Assembly (NCBI GenBank): GCA_965198235.1
Contig: OZ240248.1
Coordinates: 2,816,001 to 2,880,000 of the forward strand
Length of the DNA stretch: 64,000 nucleotides
DNA from: Candidatus Poribacteria bacterium
GTDB taxonomy: Bacteria > Poribacteria > WGA-4E > WGA-3G
Reading direction: 5' to 3'
The notes under the pieces were generated by a model, which did no database searches, was not told where the DNA came from, and worked only from the letters and a program-made list of their open reading frames with translations. Below are positions 9,465 to 20,946 of the stretch, one piece after another. The position numbers and the translations under genes were made by a program. Numbering within the stretch: the first letter of the stretch is position 1; each line of letters opens with the position of its first letter.

Positions 9465-12017
9465 ATGGAGAACCATCCTTACGCTCCGGCAGAAATAGAA
9501 CCCTATTGGCAAGCCGCGTGGCAAGAAAAAGAAGTATTCAAAGTTCCAAACGATATTGAGACCTTGGCAAAAAAACCGAAGTTCTACGTGCTTGGAATGT
9601 TCCCCTATACCTCAGGTGCTGGACTTCACGTGGGGCACTCGAAAAACTACTTACCTACCGATGTGTACGCAAACTTCCGGCGGATGCAGGGTTATCACGT
9701 GATGCACCCAATGGGGTGGGACGCCTTCGGGCTCCCGACAGAACGGACAGCCGTACGCGAAAACGAACATCCGGCACACATCACACAACGAAACACTGCC
9801 ACTTTTCGCCAGCAGATGCAAAGATTCGGTTTTTCTTACGATTGGTCCCGTGAAATTGACACCTCCCTCCCCGACTATTACAGATGGACGCAATGGATTT
9901 TTCTCCGTCTTTATGAACAAGGTCTGGCATATCTCGCCAACGTACCCGTCAATTGGTGTCCCGCGTTAGGCACTGTTCTCTCAAATGAAGAGGTAAAGGA
10001 TGGAAAATATGTCGAAACGGGCGATCCAGTTGAGCGCCGCCTCATGCGGCAATGGATGCTCAAAATTACCGCCTATGCAGACCGGCTACTGGAAGACCTC
10101 GACTTATTGGATTGGCCCGATGGTCTCAAAGAGATGCAAAGGCACTGGATCGGTAAATCAGAGGGGGCGGACATCACCTTCAATATTAAAGATAGCGATA
10201 ACACGTTCACTGTTTTCACGACGCGCCCAGATACACTCTTTGGCGCAACCTACTGTGTCCTTGCACCCGAACATCCGCTCGTCTCCGAGATAACACACCC
10301 CGAGGCAGCATCCGCAGTTAACGCTTATGTTAAGGAAGCCGTCAACAAATCCGATCTCCAACGGACAGACCTCGCCACAGAAAAGACAGGTGTTTTCACG
10401 GGTGCCTATGCTATCAACCTGTGCAACAACGCGCCTATCCCGATCTGGGTTGCAGACTACGTCCTGATGACATACGGCACGGGTGCCATTATGGCTGTAC
10501 CGGGGCACGATGAACGCGACCATGAATTCGCTTCAGCTTTCGGTATTTCCATTGTTGAGGTTATCGGTGGAGGTGAAAAACCAATCGAAGAGGAGGCTTT
10601 TGAAGGAGACGGTGTCTGCGTCAATTCCGATTTTCTCAACGGCTTACGGGTTGCTGAGGCAAAGAAAAAGATGATCGCCTGGCTTGAAAGTGAGAAGAGG
10701 GGAACGCGCCAAGTTCAATATCGTTTACGAGATTGGCTCTTTTCGCGCCAACGGTATTGGGGCGAACCCTTCCCACTCGCTCACCTTGACGACGGAACTA
10801 TAGTTCAGCTGCCAGACAAGGAACTGCCTTTGGAGCTTCCACCCATTGATGCGTACAAGCCAACAGACGATGGTAAACCGCCACTCGCCCGCGCAGACGC
10901 GGACTGGTTGAAAGTGACGCTACCCGATGGACAAACAGCGACACGCGAAACGAACATCATGCCGCAATGGGCTGGTTCCTGTTGGTATTATCTCCGCTTC
11001 CTTGACGCACACAACGCTGATGCTGCCTTTGATCCGGCACTTGAACGCTACTGGATGCCTGTCGATCTTTACTTAGGTGGTGCGGAACACGCTGTGTTAC
11101 ATCTTCTCTACGCCCGGTTTTGGCATAAGGTTCTGTACGACTGCAATTTGGTATCAACCAAAGAACCGTTCCAAGGCTTGGTGAACCAGGGGACAATCCT
11201 TGCGGAATCGTATCAAGACGATGCAGGCAAATACTATTATCCACACGAAATCGAACAACGCGATGGAAAATCGGTTGCTAAAACTTCTGGCGTGCCACTC
11301 AATGTGCAAATGGAAAAGATGTCCAAATCTCGCTTTAACGTCATCAACTCGGATGATGTCATTGATAAATATGGCGCGGATGCAATTCGTCTCTACCTCC
11401 TGTTTATCGGACCCGTCACAGCCAGCACACCATGGCAAGATGCCGGTGTAGAGGGAGTCTACCGATTCCTCCAACGCGTCTGGAGACTCGTTATTGATGA
11501 AGACAGTGGCGAACTCAGCGAGAAGTTAACCGACGCTGCTGGCACAACAGAGTCTGAACTCTGGCGGGAACTCCATAAAACCATCAAACAGGTAACAGAA
11601 GACACGGAGTCCATCGACAAGATGAATACGGCAATTAGTCAGATGATGATTTTCGTTAACACCGCCACACAAGCGAAATCGTTGCCGAAAGAGATGCTGA
11701 AGGTGTTCCTACATCTGCTCGCGCCTTATGCACCGCATGTTGCCCAAGAATTGTGGCATCGTCTCGGTGAAGCGGGATTCATCGCACATTCACAATGGCC
11801 CACACACGACGAATCAGTCCTGACGAGTGCCACTGTAACGATAATTGCTCAAGTCAACGGGAAACTCCGCAACCGGCTCCAACTTCCTGCCGATGCAACT
11901 GATAAAGAAATCGAGGAAGCTGCACTCGCAGATGAGCGGGTCCAGCGATTTATTGAAGGAAAACCGATTCGGAAGGTGATTGTCGTGCCGAACCGTCTGA
12001 TTAACATCGTTGTTTAG
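9465..12017 (+). CDS. leuS: Leucine--tRNA ligase
   Basis: GLHVGH (HIGH), KMSKS, editing domain [21 protein letters not shown]. Confidence 0.98.
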   Translation: MENHPYAPAEIEPYWQAAWQEKEVFKVPNDIETLAKKPKFYVLGMFPYTSGAGLHVGHSKNYLPTDVYANFRRMQGYHVMHPMGWDAFGLPTERTAVRENEHPAHITQRNTATFRQQMQRFGFSYDWSREIDTSLPDYYRWTQWIFLRLYEQGLAYLANVPVNWCPALGTVLSNEEVKDGKYVETGDPVERRLMRQWMLKITAYADRLLEDLDLLDWPDGLKEMQRHWIGKSEGADITFNIKDSDNTFTVFTTRPDTLFGATYCVLAPEHPLVSEITHPEAASAVNAYVKEAVNKSDLQRTDLATEKTGVFTGAYAINLCNNAPIPIWVADYVLMTYGTGAIMAVPGHDERDHEFASAFGISIVEVIGGGEKPIEEEAFEGDGVCVNSDFLNGLRVAEAKKKMIAWLESEKRGTRQVQYRLRDWLFSRQRYWGEPFPLAHLDDGTIVQLPDKELPLELPPIDAYKPTDDGKPPLARADADWLKVTLPDGQTATRETNIMPQWAGSCWYYLRFLDAHNADAAFDPALERYWMPVDLYLGGAEHAVLHLLYARFWHKVLYDCNLVSTKEPFQGLVNQGTILAESYQDDAGKYYYPHEIEQRDGKSVAKTSGVPLNVQMEKMSKSRFNVINSDDVIDKYGADAIRLYLLFIGPVTASTPWQDAGVEGVYRFLQRVWRLVIDEDSGELSEKLTDAAGTTESELWRELHKTIKQVTEDTESIDKMNTAISQMMIFVNTATQAKSLPKEMLKVFLHLLAPYAPHVAQELWHRLGEAGFIAHSQWPTHDESVLTSATVTIIAQVNGKLRNRLQLPADATDKEIEEAALADERVQRFIEGKPIRKVIVVPNRLINIVV

Positions 12018-12075
12018 AGATCCTCTTGCAATAGGTGAAGCACCACAACAAAAACACCCTAAGAAGGATGGGCTT

Positions 12076-13101
12076 ATGCGCATCAAATGTGTGATTAGTG
12101 TGTTCATATTAGTTGTCACGGCAGGTGGGGGCGTGTTTGCAGAGGGTCGTGCGGGGAAATTCGCCTTTGCCATCCGTGAGCCGTTTCTGCATGAAGACGG
12201 TTTCCGAGCTGCAACACGAATGCTGGAGAAAGGCCGAGATACAAAAAAGTGGTGGGAGTTCTATCAGTATAACATCTGTACGATGAACCCGGACGGCACA
12301 AATTTCCGCCGACTCACCAATGATGGGCTTTCGCGCAACCCGCGATGGTCACCCGATAGAGAACGAATTGCTTACCTATCCGGGGTAGACGGGGCAAAAT
12401 CGCTATATGTGATGTGGGCAGATGGTACCGAGAAAAAGCGACTAATCAAGAAACAGTATGGCATTCACGATTTCTGGTGGTCTCCGTTAAGTCACGCCGT
12501 TCTGGTTGTGGTCGAGATCGACCGTCCGAAAGATCGGCTGGAAAATTGGGAGGTAACGGTTGATGGAAAAATAAAACGGTGGCGGAGCCAGCAGTGGGCA
12601 GAAGGATGGCTACATTGGGATGCGAAAGGCAAAACGGTTAAAGAACCGAAAAGAAGATTGCTTGAAGTGTTGCCCAATGGAACAAGCTGGCCCGAGTGGT
12701 CGCCAGACCGTAGATGGATCGCGTTTAAGACCGATGGCCTCCTCGTGCTTGCAGAACCGGAGGTCGTCAGTATAAATAGAAAATGGTTTTTGCAACGCGA
12801 CGAGCCACCGTGTGCAAACATTGAAGAGTGGTCGCCAGATGGCAAACAGCTTCTGTTTTATACGTCAGGCGAGATCTGCGTTGCCACCGTAGAGCGGGGA
12901 CGATTTAAGAACTATCTGAATCTGAGCCTTTACCCAGGACGCGACGCAACATGGAGTCCGAACGGAAACCAGGTAGCATTTGTTGGAGCCAATTTGGACG
13001 GGCGACGCACCAGCGAAATCTTCACCTTAGATGTTGAAACCTCCAAAATGCAGCAGATTACCTCAACCGCTTACGATTACTTTGATCTGCATTGGCGATG
13101 A
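12076..13101 (+). CDS. Secreted TolB-like (PD40 repeat) beta-propeller protein
   Basis: Signal peptide; repeated PxWSPDG-type motifs. Confidence 0.75.
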   Translation: MRIKCVISVFILVVTAGGGVFAEGRAGKFAFAIREPFLHEDGFRAATRMLEKGRDTKKWWEFYQYNICTMNPDGTNFRRLTNDGLSRNPRWSPDRERIAYLSGVDGAKSLYVMWADGTEKKRLIKKQYGIHDFWWSPLSHAVLVVVEIDRPKDRLENWEVTVDGKIKRWRSQQWAEGWLHWDAKGKTVKEPKRRLLEVLPNGTSWPEWSPDRRWIAFKTDGLLVLAEPEVVSINRKWFLQRDEPPCANIEEWSPDGKQLLFYTSGEICVATVERGRFKNYLNLSLYPGRDATWSPNGNQVAFVGANLDGRRTSEIFTLDVETSKMQQITSTAYDYFDLHWR

Positions 13102-13225
13102 AGGAACCATTAACTATAGGGACTAAGGTTTGGACAATTCAGACATATATTTGGATTAATCGCAATAATTGCCGAAGATATTGTTAAACCTAAATGGCAG
13201 TCAGGAGTCGGTTGAATAACTTTTT

Positions 13226-15031
13226 ATGACAAATTCCACGCTTGTTAATAGTGAACAAATAACTGAGAAAAACGTTTCGATTATCCCATTAGGAGGTTTA
13301 GGCGAATTTGGGCTCAACATGATGGTGTATGAGACCGAAGATGACATTATCGTCATTGACACAGGTTTCATGCTGCCGAATGCAGACATGCCCGGTGTCG
13401 ATCTGATATTCCCGGATATCCACTATCTGGTTGAACGCAAAGAAAAGATTCGCGGAATCCTTCTAACCCACGGACATGAGGATCATATTGGTGCCTTATT
13501 CTACGTGCTACGGCAGTTGAATGTGCCGGTCTATGGCACGCAGCTCACGCTCGCGATTGCAAGCGGGAGATTACGCGAATACGATGTTCTCAGCAAGGCA
13601 CAACTCAATACGATCGCCCCCGGCGATACGGTCGAATTGGGTGATTTTTCAGCCGAATTCATCCATGTTACACATAGTATCCCAGATGCCGTAACAATCG
13701 CATTACGCACACCGGTCGGTGTTATCGTCCATACAGGTGATTTCAAGTTCGACATGACCCCTGTCGATGGCAAGTTGAGTGATATTCAGACGCTCGCGCG
13801 TTTGGGGTCAGAAGGTGTCCATCTGCTCATCTCCGATAGTACAAATGCAGAGCGACCCGGGCAGACTCCGTCCGAGCGGAGCATCTATGGGACGATAGAC
13901 AATATCTTTCAGAAGACCGAGCAGAAGTTGTTTCTCTGCACCTTCTCTTCGAGTCTGCACCGTATCCAGCAATTCATCGACTTGGCGAATGTCCATCGGC
14001 GACTCGTTGCTGTCACTGGACGCTCCCTCATCAACAACGTCCGCATCGCTTCTGAACTCGGTTACCTTAACCTGAACCCAGACTATCTCATTGATGCCCG
14101 TGATGCGTTCATGTTCAAACCACACGAAGTCGTAATTTTGAGTACCGGCAGCCAAGGTGAGCCGCGCTCCGCCATGTCATTGATGGCACTTGACAATCAC
14201 CCGTTTTTAAAGGTAGAACAAGGTGATACCGTCGTTATCTCCGCAAGGATCATTCCCGGCAACGAAAAGGCTATCGGGAATGTGGTGAACCATCTGCTCA
14301 GACGCGGCGCGAAGATATATCATGAGCGGAATGCAAATGTCCATGTATCGGGGCACGGCGCGAGTGAAGATCTGAAGTTGATGCTCAACCTCTTGCAGCC
14401 CAAGTTTTTTATGCCGATGCACGGCGAGTATCAAAATCTTATGACGCATGCCGAACTCGCCGAGTCTGTGGGTATACCGAGTGACAACATTAAAGTCGCT
14501 GAAGATGGCGAACTCATTCAGCTTACCTCGGAGACGTGCGAGGTCCTTGGACGCGAGGGACGTTCCGGACGTGTCCTTGTTGATGGCAAGCCAGAATTTG
14601 AACTTGAGGATATCGTCCTACGCGACCGTATCCAACTCGCCGAAGACGGTATTGTCGTCCCTATTGTTGTCCTGCACAGTGATACGGGCGCAAGCACAAA
14701 CGCTGCTAATAACGACGGAGAAACACTGGAACGGCTATCTACTGGAATCAAGGATGTTGACGAAATTCTGCAGACAGATGTCCCGTCCAAAACAGGACTG
14801 AACGCCGGACAGATAGAAATTATCTCGCGTGGGTTTGTCTACATGGACAAATCGGAAGAACTGATAGAAGAAGCGAAAGAAATTACTCGGAACGTCATTG
14901 AGAGCCTGAGCGATGAACAAAAGCAGGAAACCGAGACAGTCCAAGACGAGATCCGAGGCGCGCTTCGTCGGTTTTTCTCGAAACAGATGCAACGGAGCCC
15001 GCTCATCTTCCCCGTCGTTATGCGGGTTTAG
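13226..15031 (+). CDS. rnj: Ribonuclease J
   Basis: PLGGLGEFGLNM, THGHEDHIGA, HTGDFK, HVSGH, PMHGE. Confidence 0.97.
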   Translation: MTNSTLVNSEQITEKNVSIIPLGGLGEFGLNMMVYETEDDIIVIDTGFMLPNADMPGVDLIFPDIHYLVERKEKIRGILLTHGHEDHIGALFYVLRQLNVPVYGTQLTLAIASGRLREYDVLSKAQLNTIAPGDTVELGDFSAEFIHVTHSIPDAVTIALRTPVGVIVHTGDFKFDMTPVDGKLSDIQTLARLGSEGVHLLISDSTNAERPGQTPSERSIYGTIDNIFQKTEQKLFLCTFSSSLHRIQQFIDLANVHRRLVAVTGRSLINNVRIASELGYLNLNPDYLIDARDAFMFKPHEVVILSTGSQGEPRSAMSLMALDNHPFLKVEQGDTVVISARIIPGNEKAIGNVVNHLLRRGAKIYHERNANVHVSGHGASEDLKLMLNLLQPKFFMPMHGEYQNLMTHAELAESVGIPSDNIKVAEDGELIQLTSETCEVLGREGRSGRVLVDGKPEFELEDIVLRDRIQLAEDGIVVPIVVLHSDTGASTNAANNDGETLERLSTGIKDVDEILQTDVPSKTGLNAGQIEIISRGFVYMDKSEELIEEAKEITRNVIESLSDEQKQETETVQDEIRGALRRFFSKQMQRSPLIFPVVMRV

Positions 15032-15119
15032 AATACAGCCTTATCATTTTTCTGCGAACCTTATCGAGCGAAAATGTGAACGCTCAAAAGATGCGTAACT
15101 AGGAAAGGAACAGATTGGA

Positions 15120-16278
15120 TTGAAATCATTTGCATTTATCGTAGCAATCGCCGCGTTGATGATAGGCTTCCCTGCCTGCGATCGAATATCGCAGATCATC
15201 CAACCCGTTACACCTCAGATAGAAGATACGAGTGGCGAGATTTCCATCGGAGTCGTTTTACCTTTGACAGGACACTTGGCTTCTACCGGCAAACTCATGA
15301 AACAAGGCTTTAGCCTGGCTCTCAAGGAAATTAACAACGCACAACTCAGTAACACAAAACTCAAGTTCATCATTGAGGATGATACCAGTACCCCAGAGGG
15401 CGCGGTTAATGCTTTCAATAGACTGATTCACCAAGAGGGTGTGTCTGTTATTCTCGGTCCCACGATCTCAAGTGCGACGCAGGCAGCATTTCCGATCGCT
15501 CAAGAAAATCAGATTGTCGCAATTAGTCCGACATCGGGTGCCCGCGGTCTTAGTGCAATCGGTGATTTTGTCTTTACGTATTCCTCTCGCGACAAATATT
15601 GTGACACTTAAAGGTGTCAAGGCAACGCAGGCAAAACTCGGCTATCAACGGGTCGCTACGATGTATGACGGAACCGATCTCTTCTCTACGGATCGGGACA
15701 CAGCATTGCGAGAGGCATTCACGGTGAACGGTGTTGAAGTGCTAACTACGGAAGTCTTCCAAAGCGGTGATACTGACTTCTCTGCGCAGCTAACTCGGAT
15801 GAAGGCGTTAAATCCGGATGCTATCTTTGTCTCGGCGTTGCCACCTGAAAAACCGGGGATACTGATTCAAGGACACGAACTCGGTATAACCGTTCCTTTT
15901 ATTGTGAGTTCATTAACCAGTGTTGAAGTAGAAGCCGCGGGTGCCGCCGCCGAAGGCGCGATAACTTTCATCGGTTGGCTCACCACAGATGACACACCCG
16001 GAAATCAAGCCTTCGTTCGGAATTACAACGCGACTTTCGGCGTGACACCAAACATCTTTGCTACGGTGTCGTATACCTCTGTCTATATTTTAGCAGAGGC
16101 GATTAAGAACGCCCAATCAACTGACGCAATCTCAATTCGAGACGCGCTGGCGAATATCAGCGACTTTGACACAGTTCTGGGTAAATTCTCTTTTAACGCC
16201 GATGGGGACGCTGTTTATGACCTGAAGGCACTCATAGTAAAAGACGGTGCATTGCAACCTTTTGAGGAACCTTTTTGA
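15120..16278 (+). pseudogene. Branched-chain amino acid ABC substrate-binding lipoprotein (LivJ-like), frameshifted
   Basis: Two overlapping ORFs give the N- and C-terminal halves; removing one A at 15576 (GTCTTT-A-CGTATT) restores VFRIPLAT. Confidence 0.8.
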
Positions 16279-16373
16279 TTGCCTTTCAGAGGTACCACGG
16301 AATAACTCCGAAAAGTCTTTAAACTGCAGGTTCTGGAAATTTTCAAATCTAATTCATTAGAAGAGTATAAAAT

Positions 16374-17777
16374 ATGAAAACGCAAACGATGTATGAAAAA
16401 ATATGGGAGGCGCATCTTGTGCGCGCTTCTGCAGACGATGTCCCGATTCTCTATATCGACACGCACCTCGTCCATGAAGTCACATCCCCACAAGCGTTTG
16501 AGGGGTTAAGACTCAGCAACCGAAAGGTACGCCGCCCTGAACTGACGTTCGCCACGATGGATCACAACGTACCAACAACGGATAGATCGCTACCTGTCAC
16601 TGACCTGATTGCCGCGAAGCAGATGGAAACGCTCGCGCAAAACTGCGCTGAGTTTGACATCCCGCTCTACGACATCGACAGTCCTGAACAAGGCATCGTG
16701 CATGTCATTGGACCCGAACTCGGCATCACACAACCCGGTAAAACCCTTGTTTGTGGGGATAGCCACACTTCCACACACGGCGCGTTGGGTGCACTCGCTT
16801 TCGGCATTGGCACAAGCGAGATTGAGCATGTACTCGCCACGCAATGCCTCCTGCAACAGAAATCAGAGACCTTTGAGATTCGGATTGATGGCACACTCCC
16901 TTACGGCGTGACCGCAAAAGATATTATCCTCTCCATTATCGGGCACGTCGGTATTGATGGTGGTAACGGTGCCGTGGTCGAGTTTACAGGCTCGGCTATC
17001 CGCGCCCTCAGTATCGAGGAACGGATGACCGTTTGTAATATGTCCATTGAGGCAGGTGCTCGCGCCGGTATGATTGCTCCCGATGACACCACCTATGAAT
17101 ACATCGCTGGCAAACGTTTTGCACCGAAAGGTGAAGCCTTTGATGTAGCAGTTGAACACTGGAAGCAACTCCCGACTGACGAAGGCGCAGTCTACGATCG
17201 AACGTTGCAACTCGATGCCGCAGAAATCGCACCGCAGGTAACATGGGGCACGAATCCCGGCATGGTCACCAATGTAACGGGACGCGTCCCCGATCCAGCG
17301 GACATGGCGACAGCCGACGAAAAAACCGCTACCGAACACGCTTTAGCATATATGGATCTCAAACCCGGTACGCCAATCACAGATATTGCCGTAGATAGAG
17401 TTTTCATCGGCAGCTGCACCAACTCCCGTATCAGCGATCTACGAGTTGCCGCGGAAGTCGCAAAGGGTAGGAAGGTCTCAGGCACTGTCAGTGCGATGGT
17501 TGTCCCCGGTTCACAGGCGGTTAAACGCCAAGCGGAGGCAGAAGGGCTTGACGAGATTTTCCGTGCCGCGGGCTTCGAGTGGCGTGAAGCCGGTTGTAGT
17601 ATGTGCCTCGGTATGAATCCCGATATCCTGATGCCGGGACAACGCTGCGCCAGCACATCGAACCGAAATTTTGAAGGCAGACAAGGCAAAGGCGGACGCA
17701 CACACTTGGTGAGTCCACAGATGGCGGCTGCAACCGCAGTCACAGGTCACTTTGTAGACATCCGGACGTTTGGATAG
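16374..17777 (+). CDS. leuC: 3-isopropylmalate dehydratase large subunit
   Basis: [40 protein letters not shown]. Confidence 0.98.
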   Translation: MKTQTMYEKIWEAHLVRASADDVPILYIDTHLVHEVTSPQAFEGLRLSNRKVRRPELTFATMDHNVPTTDRSLPVTDLIAAKQMETLAQNCAEFDIPLYDIDSPEQGIVHVIGPELGITQPGKTLVCGDSHTSTHGALGALAFGIGTSEIEHVLATQCLLQQKSETFEIRIDGTLPYGVTAKDIILSIIGHVGIDGGNGAVVEFTGSAIRALSIEERMTVCNMSIEAGARAGMIAPDDTTYEYIAGKRFAPKGEAFDVAVEHWKQLPTDEGAVYDRTLQLDAAEIAPQVTWGTNPGMVTNVTGRVPDPADMATADEKTATEHALAYMDLKPGTPITDIAVDRVFIGSCTNSRISDLRVAAEVAKGRKVSGTVSAMVVPGSQAVKRQAEAEGLDEIFRAAGFEWREAGCSMCLGMNPDILMPGQRCASTSNRNFEGRQGKGGRTHLVSPQMAAATAVTGHFVDIRTFG

Positions 17778-17855
17778 GTCAAATACGGGCTTGCACGAAA
17801 TGGTAAAGAGCATACCAACAACGTCCCCGCTACCAAGGAAAATACGGAGGTAACA

Positions 17856-18062
17856 ATGGAATCTACCATCATTGAAAAAATCAGGCAGCTTCCTCCGGAG
17901 CTCCAAGAAGAAGTCATTCATTTCATTGATTTTCTACGAACGAAAAAAAGTTCAAAACGGAAAAAAAGCCCGAATTTGGAGTGGATTGGCGGATTAAAAG
18001 CGTATCGTGACCAGTTTACAGCCCTCGAACTTCAGAAAAAAGCGTCAAATTGGAGGGATTAG
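17856..18062 (+). CDS. DUF2281-like antitoxin
   Basis: RBS GGAGG; IRQLPPELQEEVIHFIDFL; overlaps the downstream PIN gene start. Confidence 0.75.
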   Translation: MESTIIEKIRQLPPELQEEVIHFIDFLRTKKSSKRKKSPNLEWIGGLKAYRDQFTALELQKKASNWRD

Positions 18063-18262
18063 TGTACCTCGCGGATACCAATATTTTTCTTGAAGCCTTG
18101 TTGGGACAAGACAAAAAGGACGATGTTCAATCATTCTTACAGACTATTGACGATGCATACCAATACGCTGTCGCCGCGAAATATGAGATGCAACTCATCA
18201 GTTTCGATACGGATTTTGATCGAACTGAAAGGAAACGAAAGGAACCCATTGAGGTGTTATAA
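18062..18262 (+). pseudogene. PIN/VapC toxin with in-frame internal deletion
   Basis: YLADTNIFLE N-terminus joined directly to the DDAYQY...ISFDTDFD C-terminus; 66 aa, about half a PIN domain. Confidence 0.75.
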
Positions 18263-18337
18263 TGAAATTCTTGGGTAGTATGAAACCCAAATTCACCAGA
18301 AAATACCAAAAACACCCAGAAGGAGAAAACGGAAAAG

Positions 18338-18928
18338 ATGGAAGCATTCAAAGAGCACGTTGGACGTGTTGTCCCACTCGACCGGATTAATGTTGACACC
18401 GACCAGATTATCCCGAAACAATTCCTCAAACGCATTGAGCGGACCGGTTTCGGTGAATTTCTCTTTAACGACTGGCGTTACCTTGAGAATGGTGAGCCGA
18501 ACCCAGAGTTCGTGCTGAACCTTCCGCGCTATGCAGATGCGAGTATCCTCATCGCTGGCGTGAATTTCGGATGCGGGAGCTCCCGTGAGCACGCGCCGTG
18601 GGCACTCCAGCAGTACGGCTTCAAGGCGATTCTCGCACCTTCGTTTGCGGACATCTTCCGAAACAACTGCTATAAGAACGGTATTCTTCCGATAGCACTG
18701 TCCGCGGATATTATCACTTCACTCAGCGAAGCAGCACATGATACCGAGGGGTATCGGTTGATGGTGGATTTAGAGGAACAATCGGTCGTCTGTCCTGATG
18801 GGACTGCACATACATTTGACATCGGTGTTTTTGAGAAGTACTGTCTGCTGAACGGACTTGACGAAATCGGTTGGACTTTGCAGTATGAGGCAGACATTGC
18901 TGCCTACGAGAACCAGAATCCCTCATAG
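18338..18928 (+). CDS. leuD: 3-isopropylmalate dehydratase small subunit
   Basis: [28 protein letters not shown]. Confidence 0.98.
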   Translation: MEAFKEHVGRVVPLDRINVDTDQIIPKQFLKRIERTGFGEFLFNDWRYLENGEPNPEFVLNLPRYADASILIAGVNFGCGSSREHAPWALQQYGFKAILAPSFADIFRNNCYKNGILPIALSADIITSLSEAAHDTEGYRLMVDLEEQSVVCPDGTAHTFDIGVFEKYCLLNGLDEIGWTLQYEADIAAYENQNPS

Positions 18929-19250
18929 TTCCCCAACCTTCCTGTCTATAGGCATCAATTGAGTATGCCCAGTAGGATTTCTTAACCCCATCGTCCCGCA
19001 ATTAGGTAGGTGCGGTTTTGCGGCGTACTCGCCCAAATGTGATCTGCATTCCTAACCGCACCCGACCTTCATTACAGTCTGGGGTGTGAGCAAGTTGGAT
19101 TCCACTATGTCCAGCCCAACCTACGAACTTTCTAACCTCTTTCTGAGCACACCTGAAAAAAGATTTGAAAAAGTTTGACGTTTATGGGTTAACCATAATA
19201 CGCTCACTGCTACCTTAAACTAACTGCCCAAACCTTGATAGGAGAGAAAA

Positions 19251-19358
19251 ATGCCATATAAGGCTATTGTATTCGATTTATTTGGAACTTTAGTCGAAAA
19301 TTTCAGCAGCCAAGCTTACGACCAAGTTCAAATTCAAATGGCAAAAGCCCTTTTTTGA
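19251..19358 (+). pseudogene. HAD hydrolase N-terminal remnant (35 aa)
   Basis: RBS GGAG; MPYKAIVFDLFGTLVEN carries HAD motif I; stops 15 nt before guaB. Confidence 0.65.
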
Positions 19359-19373
19359 CAGGAGGAATGAACA

Positions 19374-20873
19374 ATGGCTCATTTTTTTTCTGAAGCAAGC
19401 CGGACTTTCAGTGAATACTTGCTTTTACCTAACTTAACGACGAAGGATTGTATTCCTGAAAACGTTGTCCTGAGAACCCCCCTGGCGAAGTTTAAAGTGG
19501 GGCAACAACCATCTCTGGAAGTGAATATCCCGTTTGCTTCTGCAATCATGCAAGCTGTTTCGGATCACAATTTGGCAATTGCACTCGCAAGACAGGGCGG
19601 GATATCCTTTGTTTATGGGTCCCAAAGTATTGAAGAGCAGGCAGCAATGGTCCGAGCAGTTAAAAACCACAAAGCGGGTTTCGTCGTCAGCGACTCAAAT
19701 TTAAAGTGCGATAGCACCATAGCAGATGTCGTGAAACTAACCGAAGAAACAGGACACTCGACTATTGCTGTAACCGAAGAGGGTTCGTCTTCAGGAGAAC
19801 TACTCGGACTGATAACGGATAAGGATTATAGATTGAGTCGAGTGGATTTAAACGCTAAAGTAAGCGAATTGATGACTCCGTTTTCCCAACTGATTGTTGG
19901 TCGAAAAGGAATTACGATTGAAGATGCCAACGACCTCATTTGGAAACACAAGATAAATTGTTTACCGATTGTTGATGAAAACCGTAAACTGGTACATTTG
20001 GTCTTCAGAAAAGATTACGATGACCATAAGAAGAATCCCCTTGAATCAGTAGATTCCCATAAAAGACTTGTCGTCGGTGCCGGAATTAATACAAGAGATT
20101 ATAAAGAAAGAGTACCAGCACTGGTAGCAGCAGGTGTCGATATTATTTGCGTTGATTCTTCTGAAGGATATACAGAATGGCAATCAGACACCATTCGATT
20201 TATTAAAAATACGTACGATGATACTGTGAAAGTGGGCGGCGGGAATGTAGTTCACGGAGATGCATTTATGTATTTGGTAGAAGCCGGTGCTGATTTTATA
20301 AAAGTAGGTATCGGTGGAGGTGCTATTTGTATAACAAGGGAACAGAAAGGCATTGGTTGTGGGCAAGCGACTGCCGTCATTGAAGTCGCTCGGCAAAGGG
20401 ATTTGTATTTGAAGGAAACCGGTGTTTACGTGCCAATTTGCTCAGATGGCGGTATATTCCAAGATTATCATATTGGTTTGGCTCTTGCCATGGGTGCTGA
20501 TTTCGTGATGATGGGCAGATATTTTGCAAGATTTGATGAAAGTCCAAGTAAAGTAAGAAAATTGGGTATGAATACGGTGAAAGAATATTGGGGAGAAGGA
20601 ACAAAGCGAGCCTCCAATTGGCAACGCTATCACGAGGGCGGCGGTTCAGAATTACTGTTCGAGGAGGGTGCTGATGCATACGTACCATACGCAGGAAAGA
20701 TGGACGATAATTTGAAAACGACCCTCGCAAAAATCCGATCCCTCATGTGTAATTGTGGGGCGATATCCCTACCGGAATTTCGTCAAAAAGCGAGATTCGT
20801 ATTAGTCTCTTCAGCCAGTATTCGTGAAGGCGGTGTTCACGATATTATCCCAAGAACGACGCAAGATGGGTAA
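19374..20873 (+). CDS. guaB: IMP dehydrogenase
   Basis: [11 protein letters not shown] pair, [24 protein letters not shown]. Confidence 0.95.
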   Translation: MAHFFSEASRTFSEYLLLPNLTTKDCIPENVVLRTPLAKFKVGQQPSLEVNIPFASAIMQAVSDHNLAIALARQGGISFVYGSQSIEEQAAMVRAVKNHKAGFVVSDSNLKCDSTIADVVKLTEETGHSTIAVTEEGSSSGELLGLITDKDYRLSRVDLNAKVSELMTPFSQLIVGRKGITIEDANDLIWKHKINCLPIVDENRKLVHLVFRKDYDDHKKNPLESVDSHKRLVVGAGINTRDYKERVPALVAAGVDIICVDSSEGYTEWQSDTIRFIKNTYDDTVKVGGGNVVHGDAFMYLVEAGADFIKVGIGGGAICITREQKGIGCGQATAVIEVARQRDLYLKETGVYVPICSDGGIFQDYHIGLALAMGADFVMMGRYFARFDESPSKVRKLGMNTVKEYWGEGTKRASNWQRYHEGGGSELLFEEGADAYVPYAGKMDDNLKTTLAKIRSLMCNCGAISLPEFRQKARFVLVSSASIREGGVHDIIPRTTQDG

Positions 20874-20946
20874 AAAGTCAATCATGAAATGCCGAAAACT
20901 TCTCCTGTTTCTTTTTCATGGCATTTTTTTTCTAAAGGGAGAACAA

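Noticed and set aside
19140-19373. Purine riboswitch upstream of guaB
   Set aside because: No recognisable aptamer core; the region is explained by a HAD gene remnant
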